DNA from: the human T2T-CHM13v2.0 reference genome, Homo sapiens
NCBI RefSeq assembly: GCF_009914755.1
Contig: NC_060928.1
Direction: 5' to 3' (one strand)
Length of the DNA: 64,000 nt
In this document: piece after piece, positions 1 through 17,516 of the stretch
Numbering within the stretch: position 1 is the stretch's first letter
Layout of the letters: each line of letters opens with the position of its first letter
Program-made: the position numbers and the translations under genes
The notes under the pieces: model-generated
The model's database searches: none
Seen by the model: only the letters and a program-made list of their open reading frames with translations
Told to the model about the DNA's origin: nothing

Positions 1-171
1 GATTTAAATAATTCAATATATAGATTAAATAGAACGGAAAAACATAAATATCAAATAACTTAGCTTGAAAATTGAGATAAAAAAATTATCCCAAAACACA
101 GTAGTAACACAGTACAAAGATATGTGAGTAGAAAACTGGAGACATAAAATATGGATGTAAGAGTTCTAATA

Positions 172-1695
172 TTCAAAAAAGAGCCCAAATAGCCAAAGCA
201 ATCCTAAACAAAAAGAACACAGCTGGAGACATCACACCACCTGACTTTAAACTGCACTACAAGGCTATAGTAGCTAAAACAGCATGGTACTTGTACAAAA
301 ACAGACACATAGACAAATGGAACAAGTTAGAGAATCCAGAAATAATGGGGGTACACTTACAACTATCTGATCTTTGACAAACCTGACAAAAACAAGCAAT
401 GGGGAAAGGACACCCTATTCAGTAAATGCTACTGGGATAACTGGCTAGCCATATGCAGAAGATTGAAACTGGACCTATTCCTTACACCATATATAAAAAT
501 CAACTCAAGATGGATTAAAGATTTGAATGTAAAACCCAAAACTATAAAAATCCTAGAAGATAACCTAGGAAATACCATTTTGGACATAGGACATGTCAGA
601 GATTTCATGACAGAAATGCCAAAAGCAATTGCAACAAAAACAAAAATTGACAAATGGTATCTAATTAAACTAAAGAACTGTTGCACAGCAAAAGAAACTA
701 TCAACAGTATAAACAGACAACCTATAGAATTGAAGAAAATATTTGCAAACTATGCATCTGACAAAGGTCTAATATCCAGAATCTATAAGGAACTTAAATA
801 AATTAACAAGCAAAAAAACACCACCATTAAAAATTGAGCAAAGGACATAAACAGATGCTTTTCAAAAGAAGACACACATGGAGCCAACAAGCATGTGAAA
901 AAATGCTCAACATTGCTAATTATTACAGAAATGCAAATCAAAACCACGATGAGATACCATCTCCCACCAGTCAGAATGGCTATCACTGAAAAGTCAAAAA
1001 CAACAGATGTTGGTAAGGTTATGGAGAAAATGGAACCCTTAAACACTGCTGATGGGAATGTGAATTAGTTCAGCCACTGTGGAAAGCAGTTTGGCAATTT
1101 CTCAAAGAACTTAAAACAGAGTTACCATTCTGCCAAGCAATCCCATTATTTTGTATATACCAAATGAAATATAAATTATTCTACCTTAAAGATACATGCA
1201 CATGTATGTTCATCATAGCATTATTCACAATAACAAAGACATTGGATCAACCTAAATGCCCATCAGCGATAAATCGGATAAAGAAAATGTAGCACATACA
1301 CACCGTGGAATATATGCAGCCGTAAAAAAGAATGAAATCATCTCGTATGCAGCAACATGGATGAAACTGGAGGGTATTATCCTAAGCAAACTAATGTATG
1401 AACAGAAAAGCAAATACCACATGTTCTCATTTATAAGTGGGAGCTAAACATTGAGTACACATGGACACAAAGAAGGGAATAACAGACACTGGGGCCTTCT
1501 TTAGGGTGGAGGGAGGGAGGAAGGTGAGGATCCAAAAACTACCTATTGGTACTATGCTTTTTACCTAGGTGACAAAATAATCCGTATGCCAAACCCCTAT
1601 GACACCCAATTTACCAACATAACAAACCTGCACATATACCCCTGAACCTAAAATAAAAGATAAAAATAAATAAATAAATACATAAATAAATAAAA
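172..1695 (+). mobile_element. L1 3' fragment (L1PA15/16-like), ORF2 C-terminal remnant + 3' UTR + (TAAA)n tail
   Basis: ORFs 463-801 and 1256-1447 match L1 ORF2p C-terminus; 3' UTR ending ACCCCTGAACCTAAAATAAAAG then (TAAA)n; frameshifted. Confidence 0.9.
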
Positions 1696-1699
1696 TGGA

Positions 1700-2130
1700 A
1701 AAGTGATGTGGGAAAAATGTTTAATCATAAGAACTCAAATACAAGTTTACACCAAACAAATCTGAAAATTAGTTGAAATAGATAATGTAGTAGAAAAAAC
1801 TGAGTAAGCAAACTTGACTCAAAAAGGACCTGACACTCTGAAAAACCCAATAACTAGAAAAGAAATTTAGAAGAAATCAAAACTCTAGAAAGGGCACAAT
1901 GCCCAGACAATCTTATGGGCACATTGTATTAAACCTACAAAGAACAGATAATTCCTGTATTATTTACACTGTTACAGAACATAGAAAAAAATGGAATGTT
2001 TTCAGCTCATTCTACAAATTTAACATCACACTGAACCATAACCAGATAAAAATAGAAAGAAAGAAACCCACAAAAAAAATCAAAAAATCCAAAGACAAAT
2101 GGAGGCAAAAATCTCCCCAAAAATATTGGA
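1700..2130 (+). mobile_element. ancient L1M ORF2 remnant (host of the L1PA7 insertion; continues ~5503-5790)
   Basis: degenerate A-rich L1 ORF2-like sequence on both sides of the TSD-bounded L1PA7. Confidence 0.6.
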
Positions 2131-2131
2131 A

Positions 2132-4972
<2,841 letters not shown>

Positions 4973-5490
4973 AACATAAACTATCACATAAACAGAACCA
5001 ATGACAAAAACCACATGATTATCTCAACAGATGCAGAAAAGGCCTTCAATAAAATTCAACACCCCTTCATGCTAAAAACTCTCAATAAACTTGGTATTGA
5101 TGGAACGTATCTCAAAATAATAAGAGCTATTTATGACAAACCCATAGCCAATATCATACTGAATGGGCAAAAACTGGAAGCATTTCCTTTGAAAATCGGC
5201 ACAAGACAAGGATGCCCTCTCTCACCACTCCTATTCAACATAGTATTGGACATTCTGGCCAGGGCAATCAGGCAAGCGAAAGAAATAAAGCGTATTCAAA
5301 TACGAAGAGAGGAAGTCAAATTGTCTCTGTTTGCAGATGACATGATTGTATATTTAGAAAATCCCATCATCTCAGCCCAAAACCTCCTTAAGCTGAAAAG
5401 CAACTTCAGCAAAGTCTCAGGATACAAAATCAATGTACAAAACTCACAAGCATTCCAATACACCAATAACAGACAAACAGAGAGCCAAAT
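4973..5490 (+). mobile_element. inverted 5' segment of the same L1PA7 (RT domain fragment)
   Basis: ORF 5015-5512 has [21 protein letters not shown] motifs; abuts TSD AAATATTGGACATTTT 5487-5502. Confidence 0.92.
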
Positions 5491-5819
5491 ATTGGACATT
5501 TTAATTCAGTAGTGCATTAAGAGAATTATAGCATGAACTGGCAGTCTTTTTCACAGAAATGCTAGGACAGGTTAACATTAGTCTGTCGTTTAGTGTAATT
5601 CACTACACCAAGAGCTTAAAAAAGAAAAATGACATTATTATCTAAATACACATGAAAAAGTACTTGCTAAAACTTAATGATCACTCTTGATAAGAAAAGC
5701 TTTTATTCAGCAAACTGACAGAAGCTACCACCAGAAACCTATATGATACTTCTGATGAATCACAAAGACTACTCCCATTGAAGTTTAAAACAAGAGGAAG
5801 GTTCTGTTACTCCCTCAGT

Positions 5820-6800
5820 GGGAACAAACTCCAACAAAGCAAGGTAGTAAATCAAGAAACAGAAAGATATGGGATCCAGGAAGCAGGAGATACTACACAG
5901 AAGAGAGGCAAAGGAAATCCCCAGGATTACTGTGAAGGAAAATCCAGAGTGATAAATGTGCAGCAGATCTACAAAGTAAGGTACAGGAGGTTGAATGATT
6001 ACTGGAAGGATAATTCAAAAAAAACTAAACTGATAGGACAGTGTTAAAATTCATTGCGACAATACGTAGACTTCAGGCAGAGAGTTTGCATACAAATTAG
6101 TAATACATTGACAAAAACTAAGCAAAGAAAAAATGAATTAATGATTAACCCTTCACAGGGAGACTTAAGAAAAATAAATACAGTATTCGATATGACTCAG
6201 TTGAAAATACTATTTATAATCATTGGGCTGGGCACAATGGCTCATGACTGTAATCCCAGCACTTTGGGAGGCCGAGGCAGGTGGATCACTTAAAGTCAGG
6301 AGTTCGAGACCAGACTGGCCAGCATGGTGAAACCCCATCTCTACTAAAAATATAAAAATTACCCCCACATGGTGGTGGGTGCCTGTAATCCCAGCTACTC
6401 AGGAGGCTGGGGCAGGAGAATCACTTGAACCCGGAAGGCAGAGGTTACAGCTAGCTGAGATCACGCCACTGCACTCCAGTATGGGTGACAAGAGTGAGAC
6501 TCCATCTAAAATAAAAAATAAAATAAAAAATATAGCCATAATAACATATAATGTGTAAACTGAATACTGATTTAACCAAAATTGTGATAAAAATCATTTG
6601 GGAATATGGGGGAGGGCATATATTAGAGAGCTACTTTCTAATCTTCCATAATAGTAAGTCAATGAATAATGCTTAAAATTGAAAAAATTTAAAAGTAGTA
6701 GTATAAGCATGATATTTAGAAATATAAGTATAAAAAACAGAAGAAATAGCTATGAGAATTGAAAGTGGTTGCCACTGAGGAATGACAGAGGTGGAGAAGG
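5820..6800 (+). mobile_element. old L1-related element (HAL1-like), split by Alu
   Basis: GGGATCCAGGAAGCAGGAGAT...GAGAGGCAAAGGAAATCCCCAGGAT resembles recalled HAL1 consensus. Confidence 0.45.
6226..6530 (+). mobile_element. AluS
   Basis: full dimer with A-rich linker and tail. Confidence 0.95.
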
Positions 6801-6899
6801 ATGCAGCGAGGACTGCCAGTTTCTATGTCATGTAAAACTAATTTACTAACTTAAAATACCTTCATATATTCCTTTAGTAAAAATTAAAACTAAATTCAG

Positions 6900-7250
6900 A
6901 TTTTAAAAAACACTGACAGTATCCAGTAAGGATGCAGAGAAACATGTGTAGTCTTAGACCTGATAGCTAAGAGAATAACTTAGTACAGGCTTTTTGGAGA
7001 GCATGTTGGCAGTAATATCAAAATTTCAAATATCCTTATTATCTAATCCAATGATTCCTCCTCTGGCAAGTTATTTTAAGAAAACAACAGGACAGATGTA
7101 AAAATTTACCTAAAAGGGTGTTCACAGCATCATACTTTAAAATACTGGAACATTCTGACTATTCATGTACATTAATAAGGACTGATTAAGTACATTATAT
7201 ACTTCCATACAGGGGAATACCTGCAGACTTTTACAATATTGACATAAAGT
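6900..7250 (+). mobile_element. L1ME-like 3' fragment
   Basis: degenerate match to L1 ORF2 end/3' UTR. Confidence 0.55.
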
Positions 7251-7278
7251 AGTGGTTTCAAATCATGTTTTTGGAAGT

Positions 7279-7720
7279 CTATATTCATTTCTCTAGGGCT
7301 GCCATAACAAAGTACCAAAATCTAGGTGGCTTAGAAAAACAGAAATCTATTGTCTTACAGTTGTTGGCTAGAACTCTTAGATCAAGGTGTCAGCAGGGTT
7401 GGTTCCATCTGAGGGCTGTGGGGGAGAATTTCTTTCATGCTTCTCTCCTCCTTCTTGTGTTTGCTGGCAATCTCTGGGGTTCCTTGGCTTGTGGATGCAC
7501 CACTCTGATATCTGCCTTTATCTTCACATGGCAGACTTCCTATGCATGTACCTGTGTCTGTGTCCAGATTTCTCTTTTTTGTAGGGACACCAATCATGTT
7601 GGATTAGGGTCCACCCTGGTAACCTCATCTTAACTTTATAAATACCCCATAAGCATTTGGTCACTTTCAAAGGAACTGGGGCAGTAGGACTTCAAAATCT
7701 TTTTACAGAACCCATAACAG
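7279..7720 (-). mobile_element. MLT1 (MaLR) LTR, MLT1C-like
   Basis: TAGGGCTGCCATAACAAAGTACC...GGTGGCTTA is the reverse complement of the MLT1 3' end. Confidence 0.85.
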
Positions 7721-8207
7721 AATTGTGGGGTCTCTGAGGGGTGCCTCAAAAACTATTGCAATTAACTGTTGGTCCTGAGCTGGTGAGCTCTAGATTTCCC
7801 TTGTCCACTTTAACTAGAAAAGTTCCAATTTTTATAAATTAACATTCTGAAAGTTCATCTGAAGAAAAGCTTCCACAATTTAAAATGTTTAAAAGCAACC
7901 AATATAAAACTATATTTATATATGTGCCAAATATATTGCTAATTAACAAAAGCAGTTTGCAAGCATGTGAATATGTTCCCAGTTCTATATAAGTTTTAAA
8001 AAGTCACCATCTATATCTACAGTGCTTATATTTAGATCAACACCATTTTTGGTACAACATATCCCCAAAATATTCACAGTATTAACACAGCTACAATTTT
8101 TCAAGTTCCCTTTATATTCATCTTCATGCTTTTCTATATTGTCTAGTTTTTTGCAATGATATATCTTGTAATTAAAAAAGACTATATTATTAAAGAGATA
8201 AAAAGGT

Positions 8208-8336
8208 GGCCAGGTGCAATGGCTCGTACCTGTAATCCTAGGAGGCCAAGGCAGGCAGATGGCTTGAGCCTAGAAGTTCACAATCAGCCCAGGCAACATG
8301 GCAAAACCCCATCTCTACAAAACTAAAAATAAAAAT
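8208..8336 (+). mobile_element. Alu left monomer (FLAM_C/AluJ-like)
   Basis: single Alu arm with A-rich end. Confidence 0.85.
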
Positions 8337-8524
8337 AGAAAAGGACATGATATTCAGTAAATACATGTTGGCAAATTGATCAATATAATTTTATTAGTCT
8401 GGCTTGGCTTATAAGAATTTCAAACTGAGGGAATTTGCATAATTATTCAAGTTCTACTCTTCAGAACATCAGTCTTTGCCATTCAAATCCTACTGATGCT
8501 CTCTGATAAAAGTGAGTCTGCAAA

Positions 8525-9265
8525 CCCAAGTCTATTCACGGGTGAACAAATAAAATGTAGTACAAACACACAATGCAATATTATTCAGCCTTTAAAAAAA
8601 TTCTGACACATAGTACAACATGGGTGAACCTTGAAGACATTATGTTAAGTGAAATAAGCCAGTCACAAAAGGACAAATGCCATACGATTCCACTTACATG
8701 AGGTATTTAGAGTGCTCAAATTCATAGACACCAAAAGTAAAATGGTAGTTACTAGGGACTGGCGGCAGGTGGAAATGAGGACTTATTGAATGAGTATGGA
8801 GTTTCAGTTTTGCGAGAAAAAAAAAAGTTCTGGAGATGGGTGGTGGTGATGGTTGCACAACAATGTGAGTGTGCTGAATACCATTGAACTGTACACTTAA
8901 AAATGGTTAAAATGGGCTGGCTGAGGTGGCTCACGCCTGGAGGCTGAGGTGAGTGGATCACCTGAGGTCTGGAGTTCGAGACCAGCCTGGCCAACATGGT
9001 GAAACCCCGTCTCTACTAATAATAACAAAAAACTTAACTGAACTTGGTGGTGCACACTTGTAATCCCAGCTACTTGGGAGGCTGAGGCGGGAGAATCACT
9101 GCAACCCAGGAGGCAGAGGTTGCAGTGAGCCGAGGTTGCAGTGAGCAGAGACCATGCCATTGCACTCCAGCCTGCGTGACAAGAGCGAAACTCCATCTCA
9201 AAAAAAAAGTTAAAATGATGACTTTTGTGCATAGTTTACCACAATTAAAAAAATAAAAATAAAAA
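8525..9265 (+). mobile_element. L1MB 3' end interrupted by Alu
   Basis: GAACCTTGAAGACATTATGTTAAGTGAAATAAGCCAGTCACAAAAGGACAAAT and GAACTGTACACTTAAAAATGGTTAAAATG. Confidence 0.85.
8915..9208 (+). mobile_element. AluS with internal deletion and duplication
   Basis: TSD GTTAAAATG on both sides; lacks TAATCCCAGCACTTTGG; GAGGTTGCAGTGAGC duplicated. Confidence 0.93.
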
Positions 9266-11169
9266 AGAGACTTTGATCTTAAAACACTTCAAGGTAATGT
9301 GTACCTATCTGACGTTCATTTTTAATATCATAAGCTCATTTACTTATTATTTTTCATTAATGAATCATTATAACATAATCACCATTTTCATCATCCCCAT
9401 CAGCATCAAAGTACTGCAAAAACAGTTGTATGCTTTATTCTAAAGATCACTTTTCATTTTCTTTATACAGGCAGCATAAATACTTTTTGGAGAAAAACAC
9501 TATGAGGAGCATTGAGAAAGTCCTCATTTGGAATACTTAGCTGGACTTACCTAAACTGAACTTTCCCTTCCTTGACCCAGGGCAACCTCTGCCAAGCCCA
9601 CCACCCTCCAGCTCCTACGCCATGAAAGATCGAAGAAGATAATCAGAAAAACCACCCAAGAAAAGGAAAAGGGAGAATCAGTTACATATCCAGCAAGCCA
9701 GAAAACAAGAAAACCCAAATCTGTTCCAGTTCTCTAGTTTCACCTTAAAGGCAAAGAACTGTAGATGCTTGTGAGGAGCTCTTCAAAGCCTAAATTCATA
9801 GCCTCTCTACGCGGGAGGTTACCAGCATCTGAAGAAAAACAACCACTACCAGAAAAGCTCTTCTTTGTTTTCATTCTTCGCAGTCCTTCAGGAAACTCTT
9901 GATAATGTGAAATGTTATTACTGCAAATGTTGGCTCAAGCACGTTTACTCTAGAGTCTGACTATCAGTGACTTGTTCGCAAAATAAAATCATTTTTAAAG
10001 CCTACAAGGAAAGCCAAGAGCAAACCACAAATCAGAAAACCACCAAGGCGGGCTGGCCTCATTGCCAGAATTTAATGTGATCTAATGCGAGGACAACAAG
10101 ATGTGAGAATTTGATTTTACGATGTTCCATGTAACATTTGCCAATACGGAGGGGTTGGGCCCAACTTCCCCATCCTTAAGCAAACATTTGAAGTAATGTT
10201 TCACTTTCTTATCAGTTTGAATTCTGTCAGCGAGAGGGTAGAGATTCAGCCGGGCCTGCTCATTTTAAAAGTGCCATCTGCTTTGGATGCTCATAGATTT
10301 GCTTAATATCCATTTGTATAAGATGAAGATGGGCAGGTGGGGAAGGGGCCAGGAAAATAGGATGAAGCTATTTAGTGGCAGTGTACCAACTGGACTGCCA
10401 CTCTCTTCTGCACTGGTGATTTATTCCATGGGTGGGAAGGCAGGAATAGGGCTAACTTAAGCAACATTCTTTCACAAGCAAAAACTAACCCCAATGAGAA
10501 AGAGTCAGATCTGGGCTGAATCACGTTGTCCAGTCTCACACCAAATGGAACTGGAGCTCAGGTGGAGCTCTATTTCCCATCACTCATTCTTTAGAAAAGA
10601 AATAAAATGGTAGCAACAGAGAAACACTTTGCATATGTCAAATTAACAGCGGAGGACCCTATGGAATAAAGAAAGCCAGTCAGGAAATCCCATAGAAGGG
10701 CACATGAGCAATGAAAAATACATTAAAGTTACATATTTCATGCAGTTTTTATTTCTGTTGCCAGGACAATGGAACAAGAATCAGATCTCTTTTTTTCCTT
10801 CTTACAGAAAAATGCAACCTTACCAATGCCAAACTCCTACTTACACTGTCATTTTATAGCAGTTACAAAGTTGGCCCAGTGAAGAAATGTAAAACGCATA
10901 GAATCAAGTTTCTTAAAGCAATAGTTTGCTAAGGGAAGTGTAATAAATACAGGGTCTAGGAAAAAATTACTAGAACTTCTATTTCTATTGACTTTTAAGC
11001 TAAACACTAAGAAGGAAAGAAAGCCTCACTAAGAGTTAAAATCTGGATGACACCAGTTGTCCTCATTTGGTGCAGATACAGACAGTCACCTCTCACCCAC
11101 CACCTGTGGACTGTGAGTCTTCCTGAAAGAAGGTTGAGGGCTCAACAGTGCTGAGGGTATGATAGGGGT

Positions 11170-11580
11170 AGCATCAGTTCAGGTAGGCTGGGCTGCAGTA
11201 ACACATAGACCAAGCAGGTAATGGCTCAACACAATAGGAAGTTAGTTCTTGCTTAGGGTGCCATTCTGGTGATGAGATCAGCAGGACAGCTCAAGCCATG
11301 CCATCACTTAGATGAGGCTCTGCCAACTTCGGCTTATGGTTAGCATAGCCATCTGCATCGCTTCCTGCAGGAAGAAGGAAGAACCTTGGAGAATCACTTC
11401 TAGGAGGCTTTTTATGGGACCAGACTGAAAGTGGTACATATTATCGAAGCTCATCCTCCATTGGCCATGACTTAGTCTCAGAGCCACAACTAACCACAAG
11501 GGAAGCCAGGAAATGTAGCCTGATTATGTGCTCAAGAAGAAGAAACAAATTATGGCAAACAGTCAGCAGTTTCTACCATA
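11170..11580 (-). mobile_element. old MLT1 LTR (MLT1J/K-like)
   Basis: GCTGCAGTAACA...GGCTCAACACAATA start and AACCACAAGGGAAGCCAGGAAATGTAG end motifs. Confidence 0.7.
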
Positions 11581-12233
11581 GGTGTGCTCATCCATTCAGT
11601 GGATTGCAATGTATTGCAATCGACATGTTCCCCTTACACGGATTTAACCATTTTAATAAAATTTAACCTCATAAAATGAACAGGTAGCTGAAAAATATTC
11701 CTACTACAAAGTTAAAAATTGAAGATAATATTAATAATAGGAACACAAGCCAACCACAAGAAAAGAGCAGAGCTAAAGCCTCATATTTTAAACTCTTTGT
11801 CAACAATAATGTGAGGTTTTTTTTAAAAAAAGACTATTAAATTACTTCTGGAAAGAAGTCAAACCAAATATTTTTAAAAATTTTAAGTTTATTTGAAATA
11901 CAGATTTATATCCACTTTTATAATAATGAACCTTATATACCTGAAACATGGCTAATAAGAATGTGAACATACCAAAATTAGCAAAAAATTTAAGTAGCCA
12001 TAAAATAAACATGGAGAAAAGCTTCTGTAATTTTATGTGCAGTTTAAAGTCGTGTTATACTTAATCTATTCTGAAAAATTTTACTAAACTTGATGAGAGA
12101 TGTTTAGAGGTCTCCTTTGAGATTTCTCATTAAATAATAAAGTACAAAAAGCCACATACCATTGGGTACTCATTTTTTCTTCACTCCATAATTTAAAATG
12201 GCAAAATAACATATGTAAAACAATCTGGCAATA

Positions 12234-12866
<633 letters not shown>

Positions 12867-13394
12867 TAGCTGAAGTTTTAAGAAATAATTAAAATATGTT
12901 TTGAAGTGTTGGGAGGTTGATTTACAGAAGAATGAAAGTACAGGTTTCTAATGTATCTCAGCTTATGGTATTTTCTAGATCCTGTTTCAATAGTTAAATA
13001 TATAACTATTTGTGTGCATGTGTGTGTGCACGCATATACCTGTGCATATACCACAAAAAGATATGTACTAAGGAATGTATCTTCTCAAAAATAACTCAAC
13101 TAATATTTATAGAGCACCTGCTCCTTATCCTGATGCAGTTTTAATTACAGTAGCAATACTCAATCTTGCAAAAACAATATTTTAAGAGAAAATTGTGTAA
13201 GTGTATCAATGATGGAGCAACTACTTCGATGAAATGTTTTAAAAGGTTTTTGGAATAAGTTTACTGAGGCAGCATAAATGAAATCTTTTTGCTTCACCAT
13301 TCATAGGCAAGCTATTGTAACAAAATGCTACAAAATGTCACTCATAAGTTCAATTTTAGAAAAACTAGAACCTTCAAATAAAGGGAAGTCAAAT

Positions 13395-14125
13395 ACCTTA
13401 TACCCATTAGGATGACTATTATCAAAAAACAAAACAGAAAATAGCAAGTATTGGCAAGGATCTGGAGATAGTATGTTCTTGTGCACTATTGGTGGGAATA
13501 TAAAATGGTATAGTTGTTATGGGAAACAATATGGTAATTCCTCAAAAAATTAAAAATTGAATTACTATATGATGCATAAATTCTACTTCTGGGTATATAC
13601 CCAAAAGAATTGAAAGCTGTGTCCTGAAGAGATATTTGTACACCCATGTTCATAGCACCATCAGTCACAAAAGCCAAAAGGTGGAAGCAACCCAGTGTCC
13701 ATCAACAGATGAACAGATAAGCAAAATGTGATACAGATATACATACAATGAAATAGAGTTCAGCCTTTAAAAAGAAGGAAATTTTGACACATGCCATAAT
13801 ATGGATGAGCCTTAAGGACATTATGCTAAATGAAATAAGCCAATAACAAAAAGATAAGTACTGTATAATACCACTTATATGAGTACCTATAATAGTGAAA
13901 TGCATAGAGACAGAAAATGAAAGGGTAGTTATCAGAGACTAGGGAGAAGGAGGGATGGAGGAGTTGTTTAATAGGTATAGAGTATCAGTTTTGCAAGATC
14001 CATATAATTCTGGAGATTGGTTATCCAACAATGTGAATGTACTTAACATTAATGAACTATACATTTAAAAATTGCTAAAATGGTAAATGTGTATTATGAG
14101 TATTTTACTATAATTAATTGTTTTA
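13395..14125 (+). mobile_element. L1MA/MB 3' end
   Basis: ORF2 C-terminal remnant and 3' UTR (AATGTGAATGTACTTAACATTAATGAACTATACATTTAAAAA). Confidence 0.85.
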
Positions 14126-15695
14126 ACGTAGAGGACTCTACAGTTTGATATTGAGATATGGAGCAATGTTGAAAATATTTTCTATCACGCAGAGTTTGCT
14201 GATATTTAAAAAACAAGGGACACACACACTATCTACTTTCAAGGTAAAGATGATATTTTCACAACGAATTTAAAATAACTGTTCTTTGAAAGAAATTCAA
14301 GCTATGCTGATAACATTTTGAAAACATATTTAAAGCATTTCCATCACTGTGTGTGTTGTTGTCGATAATTATACAAATGCAGCCCTATAAATATTTTCAT
14401 AACTGAACACTTACACTTAGAAATGGAACATTTAAGCTATTTAATAATTTATCAAAGAGTTTTAATGGCTTAGAATTCAATTGGTGAAACAGTAACAAGC
14501 AACCCCCAATTAGTTTGTAAGAGCAAGTGGTTAATATCAGGGAAGATAAAAAATTTTATCCAAATTTCAACAGAAGTTTCTGCATAATTGAAGTATAGAC
14601 TAGAAAAATGATCATCATGATTTAGTAAGCCTTGTCAATGATGGGTTCCTTCCATTCCTTCTTTCCTTCCATTTGTAGATTCCATTCAGATCTACAAATA
14701 GTCATAAGTGATCTTTTTAAGATAAGGCAGTCAAAATTCAAAAATTCTCTGATTGTGGATTCATTAAATTCGAGTTTTATGCTAGGATTTTAAAAACATA
14801 TTAAACCATATTAAATCATACAACTCTCACTAATAAGAGCAAAAAGAGCTAGGTATCGAAAGCAAAAATAAGTAAAATAATTTTTAAAGTATTCTTTCTT
14901 TCATCTATTTTAAGCCTATGTTATTTTCTATCTTACATATGTCTTATAAAGTGCATAATATATTGGTACATAGCATATGCATATAACTCACAAATAAATT
15001 AATTTTGTTCACACATAAAAATGTTTATTAATATGGATATAAAATATAGAGACTATTGGTCTAAAATGTCTCGGAAACCAGTTAGGGAGGAATCTACAAA
15101 CTTTGGTTTAAAAAGCAAATGGTCTAAAACTGCAATATGGAAGACCAAGGTTATATATGAGAAAGGCTTTTCTTTATGGTGGCAAGAAGCCACAAGACTA
15201 ATTCTCATCCATTGAAATTATGTAGGTATAGTTCTTCCTTAGAGTAACGAGATCAATTCATTTTATTCATAGGAATATTATGTAGCTCTATTGTCCTTAA
15301 TGCCAGCCAGGAGATAATTCTAAGTATATACCTATAGTCAAGAATAATATTTTGATAGTAAAATAACACTGTACACATAGATTTTCCCTTAGAATATTTA
15401 AAGTACTTATGCTTTCATCAATAAGTTTTCTTGAATCTGTTTTGGAATGTGATGGGACATATTTAAGTAAACAAACAATCACATACATAAACACTGTATT
15501 AAGCTTTTTATCTTCTGATCCCTCCTTTCACGTAAAACCACTGCAGAAGGAAAAAAACTTTTATCACAAAATAGCTATGTCATTCCCATTATTTAGAATG
15601 CCTTTCCTTTCTTCTTTCATTTTATCTGAGTTTTCTCTGTAATTTGGGGTTCACTTCCAAAAAATTGTATTCAACAACTAGTATACTACCTGCTT

Positions 15696-16490
<795 letters not shown>

Positions 16491-16584
16491 TATTGTGATA
16501 ATCGTTAACACTCCTTACTAGGCATACTAAAAAGATGGAAACAATGTGGTCCTTTCTGCCCTTGAAGGACTCATCTTCTGTATA

Positions 16585-16755
16585 AGGTCTTTTAATCTGG
16601 GGCCCACAGATGGACTTTAAAGAGATTTTAAATTCTCTTAAATTATATGTGAGATTTAACAAGTCTTCTCAAGTGTTTTTCCTCTGGGGAAGTGGAGTTT
16701 ATAGTTTTTATCAGATTCTCAAATAAGGTGGTCTCTCACCAAAAGGTTAATACAG
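16585..16755. mobile_element. short hAT MITE (MER103-like)
   Basis: CTGGGGAAGTGGAGTTTATAGTTTTTATCAGATTCTCAAA...AAAAGGTTAA. Confidence 0.5.
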
Positions 16756-16980
16756 CACAGTCGTGAAGATATTGATGCAGTTATAAAAAGTATAATATCA
16801 TACATCAAATCCAATAATAGAGGTATGTGCCAGGTAGTATGGCAATACAGAGAAGAAAACGTTTAAAATCTCCTGAGGAATTCTAAGGCTTTCTCAAAGA
16901 AATTATTCTTCCCAAGTGTCTCCACAGACACAAAGAACCTTTCAGGCAATGGGATAGCAGGTACAACTATCCCATTTACG

Positions 16981-17060
16981 TGTACAATTTCTTTTCCCTA
17001 AATAAACCAGGCATGGAAAAGTAAAACTGCCTGGTTTATTTAGGGAAAAGAAATTGTACA
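16981..17060. repeat. perfect 33-bp inverted repeat, 14-nt spacer
   Basis: TGTACAATTTCTTTTCCCTAAATAAACCAGGCA (16981-17013) / TGCCTGGTTTATTTAGGGAAAAGAAATTGTACA (17028-17060). Confidence 0.98.
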
Positions 17061-17213
17061 TGTAGCAAGATACGTAGTAAAGGTATGGAAGATAAAACTG
17101 AAGAAGGCTGAGGTCAAGATGTGAAGGGCTTGTAGTCCATGCCAGGGAATTTGTTTTTTAAAACTGTAAGGATCTGCCACTAAAAGTTTTTAAGCAAAGA
17201 AAAAACATTGTGA

Positions 17214-17516
17214 GCCGGGCGCGGTGGCTCACGCCTGTAATCCCAGCACTTTGGGAGGCCGAGGCGGGCGGATCACGAGGTCAGGAGATGGAGACCATCC
17301 TGGCTAACACGGTGAAACCCTGTCTCTACTAAAAATACAAAAAAAAAATTAGCCGGGCGAGGTGGCCGGGGCCCGTAGTCCCAGCTACTCAGGAGGCTGA
17401 GGCAGGAGAATGGCGTGAACCCCGGGGGGCGGAGCCTGCAGTGAGCCGAGATCGCGCCACTGCACTCCAGCCAGGGTGACAGTGAGACTCCGTCTCAAAA
17501 AAAAAAAAAAAAAGAG
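17214..17516 (+). mobile_element. AluYe (AluYe5-like)
   Basis: GGCGAGGTGG, CCCCGGGGGGCGGAGCCTGCAG and 2-bp-deleted GACAGTGAGAC diagnostics; perfect 16-bp TSD AGAAAAAACATTGTGA (17198-17213/17517-17532). Confidence 0.9.

Noticed and set aside
5015-5512. 165-aa reverse-transcriptase ORF
   Set aside because: Inverted fragment of the L1PA7, not an independent RT system
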